Numbered from the stretch's first letter, positions 31,808-42,870 are shown. The stretch is 64,000 bases of DNA from an uncultured Acidobacteriota bacterium (GCA_963804995.1 CAWDSK010000002.1:384001-448000), one strand, 5' to 3'. Translations and numbers: made by a program. The notes: generated by a model from the letters alone, not told the origin.

Positions 31808-31935
31808 GAAGCTGTGAAAAAATCCCATCAAACCTTTCACCGCGGAGACGCTGAGGCGCAGAGGCTTGAAAACAAAGGGTCATTTCTCTGCGTCTCAGCG
31901 TCTCAGCGGTGAAAATGGTATTTTTTCACACCTTC
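31808..31935. mobile_element. 128-bp MITE, copy 1
   Basis: TIRs GAAGCTGTGAAAAAATCCCAT / ATGGTATTTTTTCACACCTTC (19/21), flanked by GGA on both sides; near-identical copy at 52216-52343. Confidence 0.88.
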
Positions 31936-32022
31936 GGAGGGGCAGGGACGTGAATCGCCCCGACCGGTCGGGGCGCCAGCCGGCCGGCAGGTAAGGATTC
32001 GCTTTCCCCCAGCCCCTAGCAC

Positions 32023-32913
32023 CTAAATCGGCACTACGCGAAAATTAATATCCACGGCGGCGGCGGAATGCGTGAGGGCGCCGACGGAAATATAATCCAC
32101 GCCCGTTTCCGCATAGGCGCGAATGTTGCTCGCGTCGATGCCGCCGGAGACTTCCAGGCGCACGCGGCCGCCGGCGCGAATCACGCACTCGCGGACCAAT
32201 TCCGGCGTCATGTTATCAAGCAGCACGCCGTCCGCCCCGGCAGCAATGGCTTCTTCCAGTTCCGGGAGGGTGTTGATTTCAACCTCCACGTGGTAACCGG
32301 CGGGGCGCTGTTGGCGGGCGCGCTCGATGGCGGTGCGAACGCCACCTACCAGCCGCAGGTGATTCCCTTTGATCAGGATGCCATCATCCAGCCGCAGCCG
32401 ATGATTGCGCCCGCCGCCCACGCGCACCGCGTATTTTTGCAGGCTGCGCAGGCCCGGCGTGGTCTTGCGTGTGTCGAGAAATTCCGCGCGCGTTCCCGCC
32501 AACTCTTCCTTCAAGCGGGCCGCAAAAGTGGCAATGCCGCTCAGGTGTTGGAGAAAATTCAGAGCCACGCGCTCGCCGGATAGCAGCGATCCCGCCGTGC
32601 CGCGAACTGAGGCGAGCGCCGTGCCCGGCTCTACTTCCACGCCGTCGGCCACAATATCCTCCCATTCCAGTGAGGAATCGAGAATCTCAAAAACCTTCTG
32701 GGCGATGGGCAACCCCGCCACCACCAGGCGTTGCTTGCTCTGAAAGGTTCCGCGGGCCCGGGCCTCCTGCGGGATGGTCAGGCGAGTCGTCAAGTCGCCC
32801 TGCCCCAGGTCCTCGGCCAGCGCATGGAAGATCAGGTCGCGAAGCTCCTCGGAAGAAAAATCCAGGGCTTCGGAGGAGGCGTCTGCGGCCGGTGGACTGA
32901 GGTATCCCCCCAC
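32023..32913 (-). CDS. nadC: Nicotinate-nucleotide pyrophosphorylase (quinolinate phosphoribosyltransferase)
   Basis: EDLG.GDLTT, ERVALNFLQHLSGIAT, DTRKTTPG, NHR, LLDNM, EVSGG, ISVGALTHS. Confidence 0.97.
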   Translation of the reverse strand: MGGYLSPPAADASSEALDFSSEELRDLIFHALAEDLGQGDLTTRLTIPQEARARGTFQSKQRLVVAGLPIAQKVFEILDSSLEWEDIVADGVEVEPGTALASVRGTAGSLLSGERVALNFLQHLSGIATFAARLKEELAGTRAEFLDTRKTTPGLRSLQKYAVRVGGGRNHRLRLDDGILIKGNHLRLVGGVRTAIERARQQRPAGYHVEVEINTLPELEEAIAAGADGVLLDNMTPELVRECVIRAGGRVRLEVSGGIDASNIRAYAETGVDYISVGALTHSAAAVDINFRVVPI

Positions 32914-32916
32914 GTT

Positions 32917-35673
32917 TCAACCCAACCTTTCGAGGGAATCGAGGACTTTGCGGAGATGCTCCTCGAGTTCCCTGGACTGATGCTCGGCGCCGCGCACCAC
33001 TTCCTGCGGGGCGCGCGCCAGGAATTCCTGATTGCTCAGTTGCGTGCGGACCCGCGCCAGTTGCTGCTCAAGCTTCTGCTTATCCTTCAGCAGGCGCGCC
33101 CGCTCCGCCTCGTGGTCAACCTTCTCCTCATGCAGAATGCGCAAGTCGAACGACACGCCCGCCCGCACATCCGATAGGTCCGCCGCCAGATGGCCGCGCG
33201 TGAGGTGCAGGGCTTCCAGGCCGGCCAGGCGCAGAATCGTTTCCTGATGGGTGCGGAAGATCTCCAGCAGCCGCAAATCCTCAGAGGCAACATGCAGGCT
33301 GGGCTTCTGCTTCTGCAGACCCATCTCCGCCTTGGCGTTGCGCGTCGCAACCACCAACTCCTGGATCATTTCAAACTGCTTCTCTGAAACCGGGTCGGAC
33401 ACGCGCTCGCCCACCAGGCTGAAATCCGTCAGTGAAATTGACGGTCCGGGATTCCCGTGCGGCAGGAGGTGCCAGAGCTCCTCGGTGATGAAGGGCATGA
33501 AGGGGTGGAGCAGGTGCAGCGCGGCTTCGAAGCTCCGCGCCAGGTTGATCCACGCGGGCGGCGCCTTATCACCCTCCACGGGACGCGTAATCTCCGGCTT
33601 GACCCATTCCACGTACCAGTCACAGAGCTCGTGCCAGAAAAAGTGATACACCTTGAAGGCCGCTTCGTGGAAACGGTAATTTTCGAGTGCTTCACCCATT
33701 TCCCTGGTCACGGTCGCGAGACGCGAGAACATCCAGCGATCCGCCAGCGCCAGGTGCTCCGGCCCCGCCACCGGCTCAAAACCTACGCCCGGGATCGGTT
33801 CCAGTGCCTGGGCAAGCTGGCGGCGTGGATCTTCCGGCAGTTTCTGCAAGTTCATCAGGATGAATCTGCCCGCATTCCAGATCTTGTTGGCGAAGGCGCG
33901 ATAGGAATCGACTTTCTCTTCCGAGAACGCGATGTCCGTGCCGGGCGCGGCGCTGATGGCGAGTGCGAAGCGCACCGCGTCCGTCCCATACTTCTCCGTC
34001 ACTTCCAGCGGATCGAGCACGTTGCCCTTGGTCTTCGACATCTTCTGGCGCTCCGCGTCACGCACCAGAGCGTGGATGTAGAGTTCGCGGAAGGGCACGG
34101 CCTTCATGAACTTCAGACCCAGCATGATCATGCGCGCGCCCCAGAAAAAGAGGATGTCGAAGCCCATGATCATCAGATTGTTGGGATAGAAACGCGCGAG
34201 ATCGGCGGTCTCATCCGGCCATCCCAACGTGGCGAAAGGCCACAGGGCGGAACTGAACCAGGTGTCAAGCGTGTCCAGGTCCTCACGCAGGGAGGCGCTG
34301 GAGCACTTCGGACAATGTGTCGGCGTCTGGCGAGCCACAATTGCCTCACCGCACCCGTCGCAATACCAGGCCGGAATGCGATGTCCCCACCAGATCTGCC
34401 GCGAGATGCACCAATCGTGGATCTTGTACATCCAGTCGAGATAAATCTTCTTGTAGTTGTCCGGAGTGATGGGGATTAGCCCTTTATCCACCACGCGAAT
34501 GGCGGGCTCGGCCAGCGACTGCATTTTCAAGAACCATTGGGTCGAGAGCAGCGGCTCAACAACGGTTTTGCAGCGCTGGCAGGTTCCCACGCTGAGCGGA
34601 TAGTCTTCAATCTTCTCGAGCAACCCCTGCGCGCGCAGGTCCTGAACCACGGCCTCCCGCGCCTGGTAACGATCCTTACCCTGGTAAGCCGGGCCCGCGT
34701 CAGCAGTCATGCGCGCGTGCTCGTCAATCACCACCACGCGCGGCAGGTTGTGGCGCTGCGAAATGGCATAGTCATTCGGGTCGTGCGCAGGCGTCACCTT
34801 CACGGCCCCGGTGCCAAACTTCGGGTCCACAAACTCATCGCCGATAACGGGAATAATTCGGCCGAGCAGAGGCAGAACGATCTTGCGGCCCAAGGCGGCG
34901 CGGTAACGGTCGTCGGTGGGATTCACGGCGACGGCCGTGTCACCCAACATCGTCTCCGGCCGCGTGGTGGCCACGGTCAAATGGCCCTGACCGTCCTCAA
35001 AGGGATAACGAATGTACCAGAGGTGTCCCGGGCGATCCTCATGCACGACCTCCAAATCCGAAACTGCCGTGCCACAGCGCGGGCACCAGTTGACAATGTA
35101 TTGGCCGCGATAAATCAGCCCTTCTTCGTAGAGCCGGATGAAAACTTCCTGTACGGCGCGCGAGTAGGCGGGGTCCATGGTGAAGCGGTCGCGCGTCCAA
35201 TCGACCGACGTGCCCAGGCGTTCCATCTGCCGGCGGATGGTGCCGCCGTTTTCTTCCTTCCACTTCCAGCAGCGCTCGAGGAATTTCTCCCGCCCCATTT
35301 CGGTGCGCAGGCGTTGCCCTTCGCGCTGCCAGGCGCTCTTCGCTTGTGACCCTTCAAGGTCAGGCAGCGCTTCGCGCCCCAGTTCCCGCTCCACGATCAT
35401 CTGCGTGGCGATGGCGGCGTGATCAGTGCCCGGCAGCCACAGCACGTTTGCGCCGCGCATGCGATGCCAGCGCATCAGGATGTCAATTTCCGTGTGCTCC
35501 AGCATGTGCCCCATATGGAGCATCCCGGTGATGTTGGGCGGAGGAATCACCAGGCAGAAGCCCGGAGCGGCGCTCAAGTCCGAGGGCCGATAGAGGTTCG
35601 CGGCCACCCACTGGCGCGCCCAGCGAGGTTCGATGTTCTCCGGTAGATAGACCTTGGAGATCTCAGTTTCCAA
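32917..35673 (-). CDS. valS: Valine-tRNA ligase
   Basis: PPPNITG.LHMGH, GTDHA.IATQ, DWCISRQIWWGHRIP, DTWFSS, KMSKT, C-terminal coiled coil. Confidence 0.98.
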   Translation of the reverse strand: METEISKVYLPENIEPRWARQWVAANLYRPSDLSAAPGFCLVIPPPNITGMLHMGHMLEHTEIDILMRWHRMRGANVLWLPGTDHAAIATQMIVERELGREALPDLEGSQAKSAWQREGQRLRTEMGREKFLERCWKWKEENGGTIRRQMERLGTSVDWTRDRFTMDPAYSRAVQEVFIRLYEEGLIYRGQYIVNWCPRCGTAVSDLEVVHEDRPGHLWYIRYPFEDGQGHLTVATTRPETMLGDTAVAVNPTDDRYRAALGRKIVLPLLGRIIPVIGDEFVDPKFGTGAVKVTPAHDPNDYAISQRHNLPRVVVIDEHARMTADAGPAYQGKDRYQAREAVVQDLRAQGLLEKIEDYPLSVGTCQRCKTVVEPLLSTQWFLKMQSLAEPAIRVVDKGLIPITPDNYKKIYLDWMYKIHDWCISRQIWWGHRIPAWYCDGCGEAIVARQTPTHCPKCSSASLREDLDTLDTWFSSALWPFATLGWPDETADLARFYPNNLMIMGFDILFFWGARMIMLGLKFMKAVPFRELYIHALVRDAERQKMSKTKGNVLDPLEVTEKYGTDAVRFALAISAAPGTDIAFSEEKVDSYRAFANKIWNAGRFILMNLQKLPEDPRRQLAQALEPIPGVGFEPVAGPEHLALADRWMFSRLATVTREMGEALENYRFHEAAFKVYHFFWHELCDWYVEWVKPEITRPVEGDKAPPAWINLARSFEAALHLLHPFMPFITEELWHLLPHGNPGPSISLTDFSLVGERVSDPVSEKQFEMIQELVVATRNAKAEMGLQKQKPSLHVASEDLRLLEIFRTHQETILRLAGLEALHLTRGHLAADLSDVRAGVSFDLRILHEEKVDHEAERARLLKDKQKLEQQLARVRTQLSNQEFLARAPQEVVRGAEHQSRELEEHLRKVLDSLERLG

Positions 35674-35804
35674 AGCGACCTTCCCCTAAAAGATTCCAGC
35701 TATGCAATGAAATCAAAATACTATAACGGCTGCGTAAAAGTGAGTCAAACCATCACGCGGCACGCGTTCCCCGTGTTACAAAACAGGAATCGCAGGCGTA
35801 AGGC

Positions 35805-37374
35805 TTAGACTTGAGGTGGGGGTGATACGACGCCGAATTCGGGGGCGATTTCGTCGGCAACCCTCCGGGCCATCTCCTCCATGGCGTCGGCGTGCAGGGC
35901 GTGCGGCGACATTTCCACAACTACTTTGTGGACGATCGAAAAGAACGTGCTCCAATCGAGTACCGCAGGAGGTGCGGGAACCTCGGCAGGAGCCTCAGCC
36001 GGTGTCTCAGTTGGAGTCTCGGCAGCCGCAGCCTCGGCAGGAGCCTCGGCCGAAATCTCGTTGGCGGTAATCTCAGCGGGAGCTTCAGCCGCCATTTCGG
36101 AAGCTGCAACCTCGGCGGGAGCTGCAGCGGGAATCTCAGGCGCCGCAACCTCAACGGAGGACTCAGTAGCCGCAACCTCGCTGGAAGCCTCGGGCGGCCC
36201 AGCCTCGGCAGGCACAGCTTCGGCTAAAACCTCAGGTGAGACAGTCTCAGCAGCTTGCTCGGCAGGCACGGTTTCCGTCGAGGCAACTTCCGCTTCCTCA
36301 GAAGCAAAGGTTACCTGGCCGGCGGCGGCATCGTCCAGCGAGAAGCTATCCAGGCTCGTGGCAGTTACCACCGGACCTTCGATCAGCTCCTCGGCGGGGG
36401 AAGGCTCCACAGACGTCTCTGGGGAGGCTGGGGGCGCTTCTGCTTCGAGTTGCGGCTCGAGTGCGGGCGCGCTAGAGGTTTCCGGAGGCGGCGGGGAGGG
36501 AACGGTCTCATCTCTCCACACCGGCTCGGCAATCTCCACCGGAGCGCGGAAAATCATCGTTCCCGTTCCCGCCTGAATATTCGGAAGCAAGGTCATGGGC
36601 ACGGTCTTTTCTTCGATGAAGACGGGCTCGGATGAGGACGTTTGGGGTTCGTCAACAAGCACGGGACTTTCCCCGCTGGGGGGTGGCTGGGGGGCAGCAA
36701 CCGTGTCGCCGGCTTCGGCCGCCGGTTCCGCCACCTGCGCAACCTCCGGCTCAGGGTAAGGAAGAGTCTCTCCGGTCTCTACGGTTAGCAACTCTGGTGA
36801 ATGGGCTTGCTCCGGTTCGGCGGCGGGCTCACTCTCAAAGGCCACACCTTCGGGGACCACGGAGAAATCCGCGGGGGCGACATCTGCCGCCGGTGGCAAC
36901 TCTTCCGGTTCTTCACTCGTAAGGAAAAATTCCCGAGTCGGCGCAGGAAGTGGCACGGGCGTAACCTGCAAAGTTTCCGTGTTCCCGGCCTTCAGTGATG
37001 CCTCAAACTGCGCGGCGAACCTCTCAACCATGGAGATTAATTCGTGCGGTTCAAAAGGCTTCTTGATTCTTCCATCCGCCTGGACCTGCGCGCCCCGCGC
37101 TGCGTCGTAAGGTTCCATGTCGCTGGCTACCAGCAACACGGGCACGCGTGAAAGTTGCGCTGACTTCTTAACGAAGTCGCACACTTCGTAACCGTCTCTG
37201 CCTGGCATGGAAACGTCGGCGAGAATAACCACGGGTTGCATCGTCGCCAGACGCTTGATGGCAGCAACACCGTTGGAAACGGTTTCGACGTTCAAACCCC
37301 TCACCCTTCAGAATTCCGACCGCCTTCTTCTGAATAGTGGGACTGTCGTCGGCGACCAACACCATACGAGCCAC
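35805..37374 (-). CDS. Receiver-domain protein with a long acidic Pro/Ala/Glu tail (RomR-like architecture), frameshift near 37295
   Basis: VLVADDSPTIQK joins LNVETVSNG..LADVSMPGRDGYEVC..KPF across a frameshift; a long low-complexity acidic linker and a short C-terminal helical block follow. Confidence 0.8.
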
Positions 37375-37573
37375 GGGGATTCTCCTGTGTAGCGCTAGAC
37401 CCGGTTGCTTCACCAATACCATGACACTGCGCCGAAGTCAAGGCGCAACCGGTTGGGAATCTTAAGGTTGCAGGGTCGCGACGGACCCAGGGCCGACCCC
37501 TGCTCTTCCGCCGCCGGGAATTCTCGCGTCCCGCCTAAACACCAACTAGTCGCGATCGGGGGTTGGCACTGAT

Positions 37574-38764
37574 TTAGATGGGTTTAATGATCTTCTTCAA
37601 GATATGGAAGCGGCTCTTTTTCTTGGCCGGCTCGTCTGGAGTCGTAGAATTGGGTGAGCTTTTATCGGGCGCAGTTTCCTTGGGTTTCGCGGTAGCGTCG
37701 TTGGGCGCCGCTTTGGGGTCGGTGGGCTTCGCCGGGGCCAAGCTGGATTCTCCCACGGGCTGGACCACGATGCTCCCCACGGGGGGTTGGACGCCACCTG
37801 CCGGTCGGGTCTTGACTACTTGGACTTCCCCGGGCGGCGGGCCGATGTGCACCGGCCCGTGAAGCGTGGCGCTGGTGTCGGGAGCGCTCGAGATGCCCCC
37901 TACGAATTTGCTCAAGAAGTCTTTGTGGACCTGGTGCGCGGCATCTGCTTGGGCTCGCGCCATCATGGCACGGGTCGGCTTGGGAATGGGTTGCTTCATC
38001 GCCGTCAGCCGGTCTTTGGCCTCCGCCACATGCGGGCTCAAGGGGAAGTCGGTGATGAGGCGCGAGTAATAAGGTACCGCATCATTTGCCTTCTTCAAGT
38101 GTTCCAGGCTCTGCCCCAGATAAAAGAGCGCGTCGGCGCCTTCACTGAAGTTCGGGTACTTGTCGACAATCTCCTGAAAGCGTGAGCGCGCGGCCAGGAA
38201 GGCGTTGTGGGTGAAATAGAAGTTGGCCGTATAGTATTCACCCTCCGCCAGCACCTGTTGGGCTTCCCGCATGCGCGCCTTGACGCGAGGCATCACCGGG
38301 CTATCCGGATACTTCAGGAGGAATTCCTTGAACTCAGCTTCCGCCAGACGAGCTTCGGTTTGGTCGCGGTCAGACTTCGCCATTAATCGGAAATGCGCCA
38401 TGCCTACCCGATACTGTGCCTGCGGCGCCTCCGGAGCGGTGGGAAAGAAAGTGATGAAATCCTTGTACTCTGCTTCCGCCTGGGTCAACCCGGAAACCCC
38501 TCCTTCATCGTAATAGGAGTCCGCTATTGCCAGCTTGGCTCGGGAAAGATACTCACTGTCCGGATAGGTGTTGATCAGGGTTTGAAGGGTTAGCCGCCCC
38601 ACGTCGAACCGATTATGCTTGATCTCGTTGGTGGCTTTTTCGAAAAGAATCTTGTCGGGCTGATCGCCGGGGCCAAATTGCAAGGCGAGCTCCGGGCGCC
38701 GGTGCCGCCGAACAAACGCGCATCCCGGAAGGAAGGCTACGAGCAGCCCCAGCAGCATCGCCAA
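37574..38764 (-). CDS. bamD: Outer membrane protein assembly factor BamD
   Basis: Lipobox LPGC; TPR-like LQTLINTYPDSEY, YKDFITFFP, DRDQT; Pro/Lys-rich tail. Start uncertain. Confidence 0.9.
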   Translation of the reverse strand: MAMLLGLLVAFLPGCAFVRRHRRPELALQFGPGDQPDKILFEKATNEIKHNRFDVGRLTLQTLINTYPDSEYLSRAKLAIADSYYDEGGVSGLTQAEAEYKDFITFFPTAPEAPQAQYRVGMAHFRLMAKSDRDQTEARLAEAEFKEFLLKYPDSPVMPRVKARMREAQQVLAEGEYYTANFYFTHNAFLAARSRFQEIVDKYPNFSEGADALFYLGQSLEHLKKANDAVPYYSRLITDFPLSPHVAEAKDRLTAMKQPIPKPTRAMMARAQADAAHQVHKDFLSKFVGGISSAPDTSATLHGPVHIGPPPGEVQVVKTRPAGGVQPPVGSIVVQPVGESSLAPAKPTDPKAAPNDATAKPKETAPDKSSPNSTTPDEPAKKKSRFHILKKIIKPI

Positions 38765-38830
38765 GGCGAAAGCGTTTCGGGTTGCGGGCTGGGTTAATCC
38801 TTTGAACAGAAAGCTAACTCCCCCTCAATA

Positions 38831-39517
38831 TCACACGCTGGTAATTCGGCCTGATGCCGCGGCGAGACGCATCATCTTCTGGAGGCGCGCGCGTGGGTCA
38901 CCGTCTTGAAAGATGTCAGAACCCACCACCAGGATGTCTGCGCCAGCGCTAACAAGTTCGTCCAGGTTCTCGAATCCTACGCCGCCCCCCTCAACCTGGA
39001 GCGCGAAATTGTGCCGGCCCTCTTCCCTGGCTCGATACGCCTGTTGAAGCTTGACGACCGTACGCGGCCGATAATCCTGCGAGCTTGCATTGAGCAAGGG
39101 CTCAGAAGTCATCAGGGTGAGGAAGTCGATATCCCCCAAGACCTCTGAAACCGCTTCTATAGGAGTCGCAGGGTTGAGGGCGACTCCTGCCTTGGCGCCG
39201 CGCGCACGAATCAGTCCTAGCAACTGGGGCAAATGCAGCGTGGATTCTACCTGCACGGCAAGCCGGTCAGCGCCGGCATCCAGAAAGTCTGCCACGAATC
39301 GTTCCGGCCGCTCAACCAGTAGGTGGATATCCAGGACAAGGTCGGTGGCCTTGCGCAAGCTTCGAATGACCGGTTGGCCCACGCTGAGGTCGGGAACAAA
39401 GTGCCCGTCCATGACATCCACGTGAACCATGGATGCGCCCGCCTCTTTGATCCGCTGGAGTGCCTCCCCCAACCGAGCAAAATCCGCTGCCAGCAGAGAG
39501 GGCGAAATCAAGGCCAT
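38831..39517 (-). CDS. rpe: Ribulose-phosphate 3-epimerase-like protein (divergent)
   Basis: ISPSLLAADF, HVDVMDGHFVP, D.HL, GVALNPATP, GADILVVGS; the usual VDGG reads VEGG. Confidence 0.82.
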   Translation of the reverse strand: MALISPSLLAADFARLGEALQRIKEAGASMVHVDVMDGHFVPDLSVGQPVIRSLRKATDLVLDIHLLVERPERFVADFLDAGADRLAVQVESTLHLPQLLGLIRARGAKAGVALNPATPIEAVSEVLGDIDFLTLMTSEPLLNASSQDYRPRTVVKLQQAYRAREEGRHNFALQVEGGGVGFENLDELVSAGADILVVGSDIFQDGDPRARLQKMMRLAAASGRITSV

Positions 39518-39953
39518 AATCGCAGTCCCACGGTGAAGCTTATTTCCGTGAGCAACGCCTCCTAGAGTAGCACAAAGTCTTCGGATTCGGGAAGTACACG
39601 GCAACACCTTTTACGGTCCCGCTTCTGCTTCTATCCCCCAAAGGTCAAAATGACCTGCCTCGCATGGTGAATCATGCCGGCCAGCCCGGGCCTGAGTTCG
39701 TACTGCGAGCTGCGGCAGTTCCCCCCAGCAAGACCTCGCGAAAAGTCTCAAAGACACCCCGAAATCACTTATGTCTAATGAATCAACCGCCGATGTTCTT
39801 AATTGTTAGCAGGCGGGATAGCCCGCGTTGAGAGGCTCTGTTTGCGCGCCCGACGATCGCCGCCAGGGCACGTTCGCACCCGCCTGGTCACGGGGCGCTG
39901 CGGTTGAGCCAAAGCCTTCTGCCGCGATCCCGGTTGACCGACTGCGTTTGCCT

Positions 39954-41994
39954 ATGGTTAAACGAACGCTCTTATTATTACTCTCCTCCCTTCTGGTGAT
40001 CGGTGCTGACGGGGCCCGGTTGTGGGCCCAGAGCACCCCATCACCTCCCGACCTCATGGATATGAATCTGGAAGACTTGATGAAGGTTGAGATCGATTCC
40101 GTTTATGGCGCTTCTGGGTACAAGCAGAAAGTGGCTGACGCGCCGGCCTCGATCACCATCATCACTGCCGACGAGATCAGGCGATATGGTTACCGCACTT
40201 TGGCCGATATCCTGCGCAGCGTGCCGGGCTTTTATGTGACCTACGACCGCGTATACGATTACCTAGGCGAACGGGGCTTTGGCCCCCCGGGAGACTACAA
40301 CAGTCGCTATTTGCTTCAGGTGGACGGCCACCGGGTGAACGACAACATTTTTGACCAGGCTTTTATAGGCACCGATTTTCCGGTGGATGTCGACCTGATC
40401 GACCGGGTTGAGGTCATCCGCGGCCCGAACTCCTCGCTGTATGTGGCGAGTGCCCTCCTGGGAATCATCAACATTGTCACCAAGCCGGGGCGCGACGCCC
40501 AAGGCCTGACCGTCTCGGGTGAGCTGGCGAGTTACGGGACTTATAAATCGCAACTTACCTATGGCCACCATTTCCGTAACGGCCTGGAAATGCTCCTTTC
40601 CGGTTCCTATTACCACAGCCACGGACAAGACCTCCTCTATTTCAAAGAGTTTGACAACCCCGCTACCAACTATGGCCTGGCGCAAAACGCTGACTACGAT
40701 GAATACGCTCATCTCTTCGCGGATCTCTCCTACGGCCATTTCCGATTGGAGGGGGCGTACGGGTCGCGGGAAAAGGGGATTCCCACCGGCGCCTTCGGGA
40801 GCGTCTTCGATGATTCCGCGAACCACGCGATCGACACCCGGGAATACTTCGACCTAAAGTATGACCGCAACTTCGGGAGCGATTGGGGCATCATGGGCCG
40901 CGTATACATCGACCGCTACCCGTATAGCGAGAATCTTATCTATCGATCTTTCGTCCTTTGGCGGCCCTTCCCGCGCGGTAATCAATGCCCACGGTCCCGG
41001 GGAATGGTGGGGTGCGGAGGGCGCAGTCTCTAAGAAACTCTTTGGCAACCAGACGCTGGTCGTGGGCTCGGAATTCCGCGACAATTTCCAGCAGGACATG
41101 GTGGAGAATCTTCTGCAACCTTCTATGACGGTCGCGAACGTTCGCACCAGCTCGACCATTGCGGGAGTTTACGCCCAGGATGAAATTTCCCTGCACCACA
41201 ATCTCACCTTGGACTTAGGCCTCCGCTATGACCAGTACTCCACTTTTGGCGGCACCGCCAATCCCCGTGCCGCCTTGATCTATCAACCCTTCGAGAAGAC
41301 GACCCTCAAGCTCCTCTACGGCCAGTCGTTCCGCGCCCCCAACGCTTATGAGCTGTACTTTCAATCGACCAATCCCTATTTCCAAGCGTTGCTCCCCAAC
41401 GGTAACCCGAATCTTAAGCCCGAAACCGCTAGGACCACGGAGCTGGTGGTCGAACAGGGTGTTGGCCATCAATTCCTGTTCGTCGTCTCAGGCTACTACT
41501 ACCCGGTCCGAGGGCTGATCAGTGCAGAATCGGATCCCGCCACCGGGGCGTACGAATACCAGAATGGCCACCATGTAAATCTGCTGGGCACTGAGATCAC
41601 CCTGAAAAGACAATCGCGCTCGGGGTTGGAGGCGGGTGTGAGTCTTAGTCTTCAGGATGCCCAGACCGGCACTGCCGGACCCCCACTTACCAATTCGCCC
41701 CACACCTTGGTCCAGGGGAATCTAAGTGTGCCCTTATTTCACAGGAAGCTCTATGCCAGTACTGACATCAACTACGTCAGCCGCAGGAGCACCCTGCAAG
41801 GTAATTTTGCCGACGCTTACGCCGTTCCCAACTTCACCCTTTTCAGCAACGCCTTCAAGCATTGGGATGTATCGGTGAGCCTTTATAATGCCTTCAACCA
41901 AAGATTCGGTGACCCAGCCGGTCCTGAGAATCCGCAAGACATCATTTTTCAGGATGGGCGAAATTTCCGGGTAAGGTTTGCGTACCACTTTTGA
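39954..41994 (+). CDS. TonB-dependent receptor, frameshift near 40940
   Basis: Signal peptide; plug motifs LEDLMKVEI, APASITIIT, IDRVEVIRGP.SSLY; barrel GLRYD, FRAP, LKPE; C-terminal Phe. Confidence 0.92.
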
Positions 41995-42000
41995 GCTGCG

Positions 42001-42618
42001 ATGAAGACACCTAGGCGCAAACACGACGATCTGAAGCCGGGGTGCGAGGGCCATTTCGGTGCCAGGCCTGCCTGGAAGACGTGGGCCTTCCTCTGGCCCG
42101 TGGTTTGCTGTGTTTTGATTGCTGCCCCTCCCCATGCCTTTGCGCAGGGCAATGATGAGGGTGAATATCGCGTGAAGTTGGCGTTCCTTTACAACTTTGC
42201 CCAGTTCGTGCAATGGCCCGAGGACACATTTCGCGACGCGGAGGCGCCACTCGCCATCTGTGTGGCGGGGGATAATCCCTTCCAGGGGGAGATTGAGAAG
42301 AGCTTGCGTGGCCGGACGGTCGGGGGCCGCTCCGTGGAAGTCAGGAAACTCAATCCGGACGAGGATCCCCACGCCTGTCAGATGATCTTCGTGAGAGCGA
42401 CGGAAAAGAAGGTGACCCCACGGATTCTTGCCAGCTCCAAGGGTTCGAGTACGCTGACGGTGGGCGAAGCCGAGGGATTCGCCGAGCGCGGCGGCATTAT
42501 CAACTTGACGAGGGAGCAGAATAAGCTCCACTTCGAAATCAACCTCGATGCCGCCACCCAAACCCGGCTGAAGATAAGTTCAAAGCTGCTCGCCCTCGCC
42601 AAGATCGTCAAGGAGTAG
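42001..42618 (+). CDS. YfiR family periplasmic protein
   Basis: EYRVKLAFLYNFAQFVQWP, ICVAG.NPF, CQMIF, LTVGE, FEINL.A......ISSKLL.LA. Confidence 0.93.
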   Translation: MKTPRRKHDDLKPGCEGHFGARPAWKTWAFLWPVVCCVLIAAPPHAFAQGNDEGEYRVKLAFLYNFAQFVQWPEDTFRDAEAPLAICVAGDNPFQGEIEKSLRGRTVGGRSVEVRKLNPDEDPHACQMIFVRATEKKVTPRILASSKGSSTLTVGEAEGFAERGGIINLTREQNKLHFEINLDAATQTRLKISSKLLALAKIVKE

Positions 42619-42830
42619 CGGGACCCGGGAACAACCATACCGGCCTTGCATCAGCGGGGCTAAAGAGCTTTCGGAAAAACCCGTTGGCGCTGCGCTCATC
42701 AACCCCGCCCCTTTATCCCCTTACCAGCACCTCCGACGGGGTGGTTATCCGCGCTGGGGTGTTTTTTGAACCCTCTAAAGCCCGGCGTCGTGCAGTCAAC
42801 AACCGCTTTCTGCTTTCCGCCTTCTCCCTT

Positions 42831-42870
42831 TCCCGACTCTATCGGGACTCGCACAAAGCGCTCGCTGCCT
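42831..42870 (+). repeat. 40-bp direct repeat, copy 1 (copy 2 at 49458-49497)
   Basis: TCCCGACTCTATCGGGACTCGCACAAAGCGCTCGCTGCCT versus TCCCAACTCTGTCGGGACTCGCACCAAGCGCTCGCTGCCT (37/40). Confidence 0.8.
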
